Below are positions 1 to 12,700 of a stretch of DNA of 64,000 nt, piece after piece (the first letter of the stretch is position 1; every line of letters begins with the position of its first letter). This DNA comes from Bugula neritina (taxonomy: Eukaryota; Animalia; Bryozoa), in assembly GCA_964035545.1 (NCBI GenBank), contig OZ037768.1, forward strand, positions 6,356,741-6,420,740. Reading direction: 5' to 3'. The translations under genes were made by a program, and so were the position numbers. Below the pieces are notes generated by a model that was not told the origin of the DNA, searched no databases, and worked only from the letters and a program-made list of their open reading frames with translations.

Positions 1-1033
1 GCAACAACCTAAATCTGCATTATTGTTATTGCAGAAAGAATTAAGAGACTTATACGGTTATTAAAGATAACACGAGACGTCAAAAAATTAAAAACCTGCC
101 AATAAAGTGCTTTTGTGTTGAGCAACAATTTGATATCATAACAACATTCCTCTAGAAGTTCATCAACCTTTATACAAGATTGAGCAAAAAACAAGTTAAC
201 AAAAGAAACTTGAGGTAGCCAAGGGACTTAACAAAGAGGACTAAATATACCCAGCCTACTGCATATCCTAAATCTAATCAACCCGAGCTAATAGCATCAT
301 GCTCTTTTATCACAGAATGTTTAAAACTCTATCAATAACAACCTAGAGTCCTGGACTGTCTACCCATCAAATGCAGGATTGGCAAAGTTATTTGGACATT
401 TGATATGAACACAAATTAATGGTAATTTTTAGAGTTTTTTGAGTGCATTTGCTCAAATGGCTCATTAGTTTTTCATTTAAATAAATGTTTCATTATAATT
501 TTCAACTCCGATTACTAGTAGGAAAATATAAATGCTATGAGAACCATCAAGTTTTATATTACTGCCTAAATTCCCCAAAATATAAACCTGCCCTTTGACT
601 TTATTACAATACTCGTGTAATGATAGAAAATATACATTGTATCAGATGAACCAAATCTAAACACATATTTCCTTTTTTGGTCGTATCCTATTATTGATAT
701 AGTTCAAACTTGTAAAATACGCAAATATATCTAAAGTCCGCTATGTAACAGATGCAGCTCAACTTCCAACAGTTTACACCCAGTGTGGTGTTACATATTT
801 TATAGATGTAACGCAGAGCAGTATGCCTAAGCATTTCAAAATTAGAACATATCAACTTTTCCCAGCAAGACAACTTTCTAAAACAACTCAGGATTGCTTG
901 TTACTATTGGGAAGTGATACTAGGTGAGCTATGTTTAATGTTAGAGGAAGTGGCTGGGAAAGTTTGACGACTCTTTAGTTGTTGACTACAGAAAAAGTAG
1001 CAGACATGGACAAACCCCAGACTTTATACTGAC

Positions 1034-4000
1034 CTGTCTGACTCACACATATGCTTTGCAAATAATTCTCATTCTCCTTATCTCTAAATACTGTGATTAT
1101 TTCTTCTTCAAAATCTTCAGCGATTCCTTCACACTAAATAATAGGGCATAAATTTGAACAAAAATGGCCACACAGTGTAGGCATGCTAGCAGTAACAAGG
1201 GCCCATCCTTATCAGAGACACTACCTTTGTATCAGCTTCATCATAAAATGATTGTGAGTTCAGCAAATATAACCCAAAGCATTGTCTACTCCCTCTGATA
1301 AACTCCTTATCTAGTGTCTGATGCTGAACTACCTGGGACTAAAAACTAACTATACAGCTGATTACAGGTGCCCTTTTTCTAGAAACAATGTTGATGCCAA
1401 AGAACTATAGTCTTGCAATCAATTCTGGGAAGTTTTAATCTGTAACTGCTAGATTAATAATAGTTTCTATCAATTACAAAAAATGCATTAAAAACTAATA
1501 ATAATGGTGGCGCACTGTGCATTCAGCTTGTTCATGTAGGCTAAACAACTACACTATAGTCACATGGTTTCATTTTCCTCAACCTTAAAAAATCTGGTTC
1601 TATATATAGTATGTTGATAACCAACTGTGTGGTAGCTATAGTAGTTATTATTCTTCTCCAAATTAGCATATCAATGCTGTATTCACAGGTAATTCCCCCA
1701 TTGAATTGGAAACTGCCAACATGAATTTCATCTTTCAAATTATCCGTGTTCATGTTATATGAAACTTCCTTCTATGCTGTTTCATGTCAACAGAATGGCG
1801 GTTAAATTAGGCATTAAATTGAAAGGGAGAAAGGAGAAAAGTGAAAAGGAGAAGTATTGCTCATTAGATCATCTCTAAAGAAATGCATGATAATTTGAAG
1901 AATAAAGAGAAATGCAATCAAATCAGGAGCTAGGAGCAAATCTTGCAAGTGCACATGCACTGCTAGAAATTTAATGACTTAGAAGCAAGTTTCAACCATG
2001 CATCTTCATTGAAGATTTTCACAGATATTGAAGATGATCTAACTACATATATTTATAACTTACAGCAAACTTGAGCATTTTCATTATATCTTTACTGAGA
2101 CTAAGATTTTTGAGTGAGGCGGGCTGACCATCCCTCCGATTCTGACGTTTGTATAGTTTAGTGTTGGTGAGTTTATCAACCGACTGGTAGTAATCACCAG
2201 GCTTGCTGCAGGCTGATTCCAGCAGTTCAGTCAGTTGCACTGTAGACTGCTTATATGGAATCTAAAACAACAATATCATATGACTAACACTAACACTGCT
2301 TGAACATAAACAAGTTTTGAATCATCAACTTGATTTAGCAATGTTGAACTTTTTGTATCTAACTTCACATTCAAAGATAAAAGGATTCATGCAAACACAA
2401 CAATGTCTTAACCAATAATCTTAGATGATGGTTATTTACTTACTCAAGTTGAAACAAATTATATATTTATAATGCAACAGATTTACAATTAGTAACAATG
2501 TATTTTCTAATACAAAACAAAGACAACTCCCACATATAAATGCTTATGTTAAAATTAGTTCATACAATGGAGTAGCATAGAGAGATTGACTAAAAGCATT
2601 ATGAATTTTTAGCAAGTTTATAGTTTATTTGAAAAAAATATCAACTATTATATCAGCAATAACTGTTTGTAAGCAACTTTAACAACTCTTTCAACCAAAT
2701 TTTAAATTTATAACACCACTAGTGACTTTTCAAATCTTAAACTACTTTTTACAAATAGAAGAGCATATTTAAAAGAATAAAAGTGACATCTAATACCTGG
2801 CCTTTGAGAACATAGCTAAACCTTGCACATGTTACTTTAATTGAATCAGTCTTCAGTATTATTATTTAGGCTACTGATGAAGTACTGCACCCAATATAAA
2901 ACATAAATAATAAGAATAATTGCATCATCTCTATAATGATTAGTCAGCTGTTACAAATACCAACTTTCCAGCCCAGCTAACCCACATACTTCACTGAGTC
3001 TTTGAGAGCCGTCTGGCATGATTCTAAAGCTACCGACTTGAATAGTTCTTTTTGGGTCAGTCTGATTAATCTCCCAATGAATCTCATCAACAAGCATGTG
3101 GCAAGCTAAAAAGTTCATTATTCTAGATTTATTCTTAGATAATTCATGTACTTGTAGAGACTATAAGTAGCTAAAGATGCAAAGCCCTGTTTTTTTTTTC
3201 AAAATTGTTATATCAAAACTTGAACTTATTAAAAAAAGTTTTGTGAAGTAAAATCAATTTATGTGTAGCCAGCTGCTATTAGTCTGCACCTAATTATGTT
3301 AGAAGAAAAAGTCATAATAACACTGCTAGCTAGAAGCCAGGAGCACATGACTACAAAAAGTATATAAAATAAAGTTAAATTCATTCAAGCATGCAAATGT
3401 CCGACGTTATACATTGAACACAAGCTACACTGTGTTGTTATAATCAAGTAAACACTACTTTATAAAATTTATATTCCCTGGATGAAAACATAAAATAAAA
3501 AGATGCAGTAAATCACAATTAGGAAGTGACTCATATTTAAAATTTAAATAGTTAATCCACTCGTTTGTAATAAACAATCAACAAAACCACCAAGTAATCA
3601 GTATACTTATTTATTGCTAATAATTGATTGGATTTTTTTAATAAAAAAAACTTTATTATTCAGCACAGAAGATGGCAGATTGAATATAAATTTCCAATGA
3701 AAAGACTAAAATGAAAACTTATCATGATCTAGATACTGACTAAGCTACCCCCCCCCCCCCCCCCCCAAGCAAGCAGAGTTGGAAGTCACCATAATCTACC
3801 TACCTTAATAATTTACCTAACCATCCTATCTATCTACCTACACAATTTCCTTTATGTTTTGTGAAGATTTGCATAAGAAACTATTTGTCTAGGCAATTGT
3901 AATGTTGAACATACTAAAGTGAAGGCAACTCCTACACTATGAAAATAGCTAGTTTAAAATTGTAATGAGAGGTGAGTGAAACAGAAAAAAATTTTTACCT

Positions 4001-4083
4001 CCACAATATAGATCCATGTCTTTGGCATGTGCCATTATGGCAGACATCAACAACAAAATATTAAACCATAAAAGGCTCACCAT
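1034..4083 (-). CDS. CNPY2: Canopy family ER saposin-like protein (CNPY2-like); 3' end incomplete in window
   Basis: Exons 3999-4083 (signal peptide MVSLLWFNILLLMSAIMAHAKDMDLYCG), 2990-3105 (ACHMLVDEIHWEINQTDPKRTIQVGSFRIMPDGSQ), 2064-2261 (IPYKQSTVQLTELLESAC...MLKFA) and 1034-1133 (CEGIAEDFEEEII...SICVSQT) join with GT-AG sites and consistent phases. The CGAC..LVDE..WEI...DPK.TIQ.GSFRI.PDG pattern is canopy-like. The final exon may start at position 8 (tttag|GT TGT TGC on minus) and run off the window. Confidence 0.9.
3748..3766. repeat. C19 homopolymer (G19 on the sense strand of a canopy intron)
   Basis: Run of 19 C read directly. Confidence 0.9.
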
Positions 4084-4592
4084 TGTTCTGCAAAAAGGCA
4101 AATAAAAACATTTAACAGTTAGCTTATAGTATTTGAACAAGAGGAAGCTATTCCAATCTTCTTGAATCAAGTAACAAATTTAGGTGTGGTATAGCATATA
4201 TAAAGTTATATTATATTCTTGTAGAATATAATCAAGACGCAGCTCTAAAATTTGATTATATCTTAATAAAAAAATCAAACAATTTTTAATATAGTTTGGT
4301 AAACATATGCTGGATTTTGTTGAGTAAATCCAACATTCAGCTTAAATTAACAGCACAATCTTCACTGACTGATATTTTTATAACATTGAAGTTTAAGTTG
4401 TCCCCAATAAATAAGACAGTTTAGACTTTAGCACAAATAATGCTAAACATACACTCACTTGATAAAATATTACTGGAAAGGTACGTTACAATTGGATCAC
4501 ATTTAATTTTTATATTACTTGGAGTATGCTAGTAAGCGTAGGGCCACACGTCGAGGATTTCCCGCAAGAATCATATGCGGAAAATCTGTCTA

Positions 4593-4643
4593 GCCCTATT
4601 TGTGCTATTATTACCAGTGCCATTTTTACAGTGCTATTTTTGC
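4593..4643 (-). repeat. Fragment of the GGCACA-subrepeat dispersed element (see 27786 and 51711)
   Basis: tgtgctattattaccagtgccatttttacagtgctattttt is the reverse complement of the ~15-bp GGTAAWAATGGCACA subunits. Confidence 0.55.
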
Positions 4644-6716
4644 TTAAAATCATGACTAACAGCAACAGTAAAGTCAAGCTAGAACACTAGAATACTCACA
4701 CTAACAGCAAATAACATTACTAACTCTAAGAACAAAGTTATAGTTATACCCATATTCATACTGATGTTGCATAGATTTACGATTTATTTCTTATTTACTC
4801 ATTTAGGTCAACTTCAAGTAGTACAAGCAAAACTGAAACCAAACTATCAATTGTAAAACCAAAAAGTCTAAAGACAAAGAACAAGGTAAAACTAAATGGG
4901 GAATGACAACCGCAATGCAAAAGACAAAAGGCATTTGTGAAATGTGAATCAGAATGCAATACCAAAGGCAAGTGTTTTAACGCTATGTTTTTATAGTCAA
5001 ACTCAATGACAATAGTGTTAAAACCACTAAACTAGAAATAATATCTTATCCAGCTCATTGGTTAACACAATATTAAAATAAAAATAAAAACGTTAAAATC
5101 CCTGTTAAATAAAATCAAATTAAAATATATATTAACTTTAAGATAACATTAACTCGAAGTTACTGTCACTGACTGAGTGTCACTGTCGGTGTCTAAGACT
5201 TAAGAGCTGAGAGTTAAGAGTAAGAGTACGACTAAGAGTGAAATTCAAATTAATGATTAATGTAAATATGCAAAATAATTTAAAATAAGATACACAATGA
5301 CAATGGCAATAAATATATGATTATTAGTAGACAACTATGAACTATTGCCTACTAACTTTATATAAATTTTATAAAATTAAACCAAGAACTAGAAGTTCGA
5401 TCAATTTTTTAAAATTCACACATGTATAGCCTTAGCTTTTTCAAAATACAACCTACTAGTAAGACTTTTGCATTGTTGCTATAGTAAACATATATACTCT
5501 CGTGCTATGTAAAAGCTGACGTGTCCTTGAAAAACTTGGACTCGAAATTTTCGCCGACTGAAAGTTTAAAGAGAATGCAACTTGATTTAAAGTTTTTATT
5601 GTAACGCAATTAGTACAGTGGTTTGTGAGTGAAGCTCATATTATAGGAAAATACTTTCAACATAAATGAAAATAAATTATTTTGTCTTAATTTATCTAAT
5701 TAATCTGTTGAGTGTTATAATCTAATTTTAAATACGTTTTCAGCTGGGAGAAGAGAGAGGACAACTATGAGCTAAAGCATTTCATTGTTATTAATATGGT
5801 GTAGGTATGGTCTGTTGTATTGTGCTTATTATGTATGTTATTATGTGTATTATGTATTATGCTGTATATTATGCTTGTATTATGTAATATGATAAAGGAT
5901 GTTTGTATATGATATATTATATGTGTGTGTTTTTTTAACTTCCTTTATATGTCTAAAATTTTAAACTACAGTTATTGTTATTTCTAGTGTATTAATAACT
6001 ACATTTAATATTGCATTATGATATTTGTTGAGTAGGTATATTCATGACTATAAAAAAAGTATAAAGCGAAACTGTTTTTATCAGGTAGATACAGCAAAAA
6101 TTATTTCACCAAAAATCTAGGGTTCATTTAAGAAATAATGCTTTTTGGGTCAACATAATAGTACGCACAGTGTTAGGTGAGTCATCATTCCATTTAAAAA
6201 TATCTATTTGTAAAATATGTTTACTCATGAATTGCAATCTGCTCTCAGTTTTACCTAATGTTCACAACTTGTATGAATTCTAAAGCAAAAACTTTGCAAG
6301 TTGAATATATTAACTTCTATATTACTTGGTAGTGAAGTTGCATATATGTAAATTAATGTTAATAAAACTTGAAATAAAATATAATTATATTTTTATTGCA
6401 TGAAATTGTGAATAAAATTTGACTTCTTAAAATGAATGATCTAAATAACAACAGTATTATATTCATGTAGTATCATATGTATTCCATTAACCAACTAAAT
6501 CACAGTTATTCTTTGGTTTCCAATTACAAAAATATTGTCATAATAATGTATAATAATAGAGTGACTAGTAAAAACAGTTTGACTGCCAGGTGTAAAAAAA
6601 TAAAATATGAGACAATATATTACAGAAATATAAGTTTGATTTCAATCTAAGTCTAACACAGAAATAATATATACACTGAATATATTAATTCACTGTTTTA
6701 ATTTCATGATTATATA

Positions 6717-9700
6717 CTATGTTATTGCATAATAATATATTCCAAACCACAAACTCATAACAGCATTTCTATTTGCAACACTAGTACTGCTTTGCTGTGT
6801 ATTTGGAGGTAATATGTTTGATGTGTGTAATGAGGTAGTCAATAATATCGATAGCCTTAGATCAGTGGTGAGGAGAGGACTCTTTGACTCTATCATACTT
6901 GAGATTCTAAGGCTATCCATTGTGCACAGCTTTACCTAAAAAGATATAGGCTCATGAAATAGTTTTACTTGATAATATCATATGCAATGCATCTATAGAA
7001 CCTAACAACATGTTAATGTTAGTATTATAATATTATGAGCCTCCTGTATTGCATTTTAATTATATATTTAATTATTGTTACTTTAAATTGTTTATATATC
7101 CATAATCAACATAAACTTTTTGTGTGTAAGTAACAAAGTATTGTCAAATTAATTTTTTATTAGCAATTTGAACAACACCATCCCTAAAAAACTTTTTATT
7201 GTCTCATTTAAGTTTACGAATTCAATTGAAATTATAGCCATCAAGTATTAAAATGTCTTGAAATGAACTATCAAAGTGACATTTTGTACTCACTTCTTCT
7301 CTTGTGGGAGTTTTTCTCACAGGTAAGATAAGAATTATCAAGCTGCCGTCGGCGCTAATATATACATAACTTCGGCAATATCTGTTTGTAAGAAAGTAGC
7401 CCAAGTTCTCTGCAATTTCTTTGGTAGTGAGATAGGGCACATCTGAGTATTTCATAAGTTTATCAACTTGCCTCATGGAATAGAGGCTTGTTATTTGTGA
7501 TCCTAAAGGAAATAAGTATTTGACGTATACAAACTTAAAAATAAACAGAATAGCAAAGCACAGTCTTGAAAAAATATATGTTGAAACTTTAAAACAGCAT
7601 AAAGATTAAAAGCTGTCCTTAATCAAGAGATTCAGAGTTGTCTTACCACAAACTGGACAACAGGCTCCTGGGGGAATAAATCCTTCACACCATTCTGGAA
7701 TTTCATTATCACATTGAACACCAGGGCAGATTGACTCTTCTTCACCGAGGTCTAAAAATAATAATCTACCAAAACTGAAGCATGGTTGCTACATAGACTG
7801 CTATAACTTAAATTATCATGTCATATATTTTTAAATATTATCATTTTTGACTACAATGACATATTTTAGGCTTGAGTAACAATCCTGTGACACACCATGG
7901 AATATATTTAACATGTAAATAATATTATAATATATTATATAATATATTATATATACATTGAATATCATAACATATAACATGTTATATAATATTATGATAT
8001 ATTATATATAGTAGTAGATTATATATAATATGTTATTATATGACATAATATAATATATTATATATCATATATTATAGTGTAATATATTATGATATTATAT
8101 AATAAATCATAACATTATACAATAGCTTACCAAATCGATTAGCATTGAAGTCACAAGGAGAATGGTAGTCAACAGCTACTCTGTGTGCATAAGCAGAGCA
8201 TTCATTCATATATGTTTCTCCGTTTACACCACAAACAACTCCATTATGTTCACAATGAGTCATACAGTGGCCTGTGTAAGAGAGTTGTCTTCTTTGTGAT
8301 GGTAAACTGCACAGGTTTGGATACTGCACACCTCTGTTATCACACACAACGTCATGCTCTGTTTCATCGCAATCTGCTGGCACTGCAAGTTATTGTTATA
8401 AATATTATTTTATCAAGCAATCATACAAATGGATATTTAAAAATAGTTTTATCCAATCTGAAAATTTAACTATCAGCAATAATTACCGCATCGATGTTGT
8501 GGACATTCAGAAAATGTGGATAAACACATCTTCCTGTCAGGGACACACTTATGACGCTGAGGACACTTGTTGGTTCCACAGGGGTTGTTGGAGGCACAAT
8601 TTCCAGCTTTATATTGAGTATCTGTATATCCTGCACACTCTGCTAGGCACAGGTTGCCAAAGACTAAACCATTTACTGTGCAAACTGGCTGGTAAGATAG
8701 CGGGCAACCACACGGGCCCCCTACAAAGAGCAACTCAAGAAATGTAATCTAATACTTTGAGAAAAGATTTCAAATGAGAAAAAGATATATAATCACATTC
8801 AGTTACCAAACCTCACACGCAAAAAAGCTGCACAAACACTGATATTAAGCTGTACGTAAAGGTATACTTTATGTTTATCATCATCTCTATCTGTATTGAG
8901 AGTCTGAACTTACTGCTAGTTTGCTGACTGACAGGACAGTGCTGCCGGCTGCATATGGTCTCACTCTGATGACAGATACACTTGTTGCAGTTCATGTTGA
9001 AGAGAGTGCCGTGTTCCACCATAGAAGTAGTTGAGTAAAGCACACAGCTATCTGATTGGTCACAGTAGGAGTTCTGACAGTGAGTGAGCAGGCTGTGGTG
9101 ACCACACTTGCACACGTTGTAACAGTTTAGATCACTGAAATTGTAATGCAATTGATAATTAGCAAGGTTTGAGCTGATAAAAGAAATAAGTATGCATATT
9201 GCTAGTTTTGCAAACAAATTTGTTTTTTAAAAAATGACTTCTGCAATCCTGAACCTGTATTTTAAGAGCTGTTGTTCCTGATTACATGCATGGATATTTT
9301 AATAGTGTAGTTTTAACAACAATAATGTTATGTGAATAAAGTTAGCTATATATAAAATACAGTTTTTATCATCCCTGACAAAACAATTAGTCTGATGCTA
9401 CAGTGATGTCTGTAGAGTAACTAGTCACCTGTTGGACTTTAAATCTATAATCTTCACAAGTTGGTTGGACTTGACCCGCACAGGGGAATTCTCTCCTATT
9501 GAACAACTAGATCTACAGACAAATGGCTGACAACTCCTATGAGTTTCCTGGCATTGTGGGTAATTCTGATTGACTTCACAGAGCTGTGTCTTGTTGCAAG
9601 GATTTGGCACACATGGATTTGATAAGTCAATTTCTGTCTCAGTTACAGGAGATGGTTCTGTTTAATAGAAAAGCATGTTAAATTTCTGTTAAGCCATTTT

Positions 9701-12700
9701 TAGCTTAGCAATATTGTTTTTTGTGCATGAAAGCAATAGTCAAAAACTTGAAATTTATTAACTGCAGCTTTTAAAATTTTACTATTGTTTGGCTCTACCA
9801 CACTTGGCTAGAAAAGTCCATAAATTTAATAATTAAATTAAATAGATGGTCAAACTGCATCAAAGAAATTTTTACGAAAACTGAATACAATAACCGAACA
9901 AACATTTACCAATAAACTGAAGGAGTGAAATACATTCCTTTTCATCATCACTGACTAGTAGCTGATCACACAGTGCTCCTGTATTGTAACTTCTCTCTGA
10001 GTTGTCTACACATTTATCCAATACACTTATACAATCAGCTCTAAAACAGACAAATATTATTACAAGAAATCTGCTTAAAGCACTCATATTCATGTACAAT
10101 ATTTTATAAATTCAAGCTAATAAATAACAGATGCTGTTGAATTATTTTTGAATGACCACTTTCATACAGCTTAAGGTGCAATGCATACCCATCCCACACA
10201 TTAGAGTGATTAGATCATAAAACTCAATGAGTTTGTAGGCTAAACCATAAAAGGATGGAATAAAAGACTTCAAATTAATAGCACTAAGCTTCCTCTAACT
10301 TACTTGCATATTCTGCCATGACTGCCCTGAGCATTACAAGGTTTCACGTTGAGGGCACAAGATATCGCCTTCCACATTGCAGGTTCACAAGTCCGTATGT
10401 CTTTGATGGGTACAGTCATAGTGCTTGGCAGCTGAATGCGTTTATTCCGTAGCCAGGAGCTGTACTCTCTCCTGAATTCATTAACAAACTCTTACAATTA
10501 ACACTTACATTAGAGCTTTGCTGAAAATTATAGGAGTTAGGTGCAGTAGCTGAGAAATTGAGAAAAACCTGTGTTCTAGATTAAAAATGTAGCAAAAGAA
10601 TTTCAACCCATGCCCTAAACCAAAATTTAATGAAAAATTATAAAACTTAAGCTATGTCAACTTCCCCACTACTGCCCCTAAATGGAAAATAGTTGCTTAA
10701 AACACACACATGCATTTACATGTCTGTCAAAAATTGGCATTCAACATTTGCCTTTATGTTTAGTTAAAGCTAAGTTTTTAATTATTATTTTAAATAACAA
10801 ATTTATATAATTCTAATGCACACCATAAACTGCTAAAGCATAAATTGTATTTTGAGAAATGGTACCTTGAAGCTACATCCGCTTCTTTGTCGCAAGATCG
10901 AAATGAAATGTCGAATCTGTTGTTATAGTTTGAACAAAAATCCAACTGCTTACAGCCCACTTTGCAAGGAGCCTTAACTGTAAAATATCAACAGTTAGCA
11001 ATTAGCAATTAACTAAATGATATTACATGTATTATGGTGCTTAAATCTAAAATACTGTTATATTCTTTGCAATAACTATGTAAGTTGACTGAGGACGAAA
11101 ACCAAAATTTATCAAATATAAATTTGAGATCAAACATCCTACAAGAGAGTGAATATTACATTTATAACTAATAAAATATAATAGGTTGGATTAGGAAAAA
11201 GTTATCTAAAAGGCAAAAAAACATCAGTAATGCTGAACTATCATACCTGGAGCACTATAAAGAAACTTAATTGATATTTTGTCCTATTGCAATATTGCTC
11301 AATAAATCATAATCAGCAATTATTAACAGTGTAATGTTATTGTCAGAATATAAAGCAAACACATAGTAGTAGAGACACTAGCAATCTAGCAATGGGCTAA
11401 AAGGGAACCGAGGCACAGAAACTTACCGTCCTGTAAACATGTCATCATGCTTAGTTCATTGGTGTTGTACTGACAGGCAGAGCTGAAACTTTCCCAGACA
11501 GAAGACAACTTCCTGTCATACAGCTGGATGCAGAGACTCCGACACTGAGTAGATACAGCCTTAGAGCAGCACTGCAGACTAGCACTGTCCAAGGGAGGCA
11601 ACTTCTCAATATCAGAAGACCGGCCGCGATTGCTGTCAGCTTCAGACAGCAGGAAGCATTGCCAAAATGGCTCCTACACACCGTTATAGTTTATATTACG
11701 TTATGATATATAAATTACTGTGTTCAGATCGATTTTAATTAGTATATCGTCATGCCATTTCTAATAAAAAATACTTTTCTTATTGCTAAATGTAGGTACC
11801 AAAGAACACAATACAATATATAATAATTGAATAAAAAACAAGGTTTTATGTTTTAGAGTATAGACCTACATAATTTTCTCTACTCCCCTATATTTTATAT
11901 ACGAAAATACAAACACACTGTTCTATTACATTTAAATCCACACAAAGTAATGTTGTTATAAAATTAAACGGTAAATTTATTTGACTGTGTTTAAAAATCA
12001 CTCCACACCTAATCGAATGACCGTTGTTTGAAAGTCACATATTAAATACTTGAAAAATTTTATTTTAAAAGTCATTTTTGTCTAAAATAATCTACAGCTG
12101 CGGATAAATTTTTCATCCTCTTTTATATATGTTATACGCATATGCATTATATAGATATACATAATTTATATTTTATATAGTTATGTTAAAATGAAGCTAA
12201 AATTATGAGTTCAATTATTTTCAGGTTTATCTACTTTGACCATTTTTTGAATAATCTGCAAATCTTGCTTAAAAAAAGTTTTTAAAATCTTTATAATATT
12301 CTGAAAATTAATTCCTAACCGTAGATTCAGGTTGACCACACACTGGGATTAAAGTCTTCATGATATCATCTTGACTTCTCATCCCAGTGAAAGCAGTAAC
12401 ACACGTCTGTTTGCACATGGTATTCACACCTTTACTGCAGCATTGAATACCTGAATTCAACCAATCAGCAAATAGAAACTCATCAAATATACCCCCTATT
12501 CACACTTACCCGTACCGTAACAGCAAATACCAGCCATTTTTACAAATGTCTGAGCTTCCTGTACGGTGTTGCGGTACGGTAGGATCAAGTACTACTTGAT
12601 TCAAATAAGTTGCGGCGGACTCCTATTGGACAGAAAAACTGTTGCGTCAACTCATTGGATATAATTGTCCAATGAAGTGTCATAGATCGTACCTAATAGC

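Noticed and set aside
9-194. ORF containing VDEL as the canopy ER-retention tail
   Set aside because: DEL is not terminal (followed by LEE...) and there is no fitting phase-1 acceptor; the last exon more likely starts at position 8 or beyond the window
5810-5930. TATG/TAT-rich tract as a regulatory array
   Set aside because: Ordinary degenerate AT-rich simple sequence between genes
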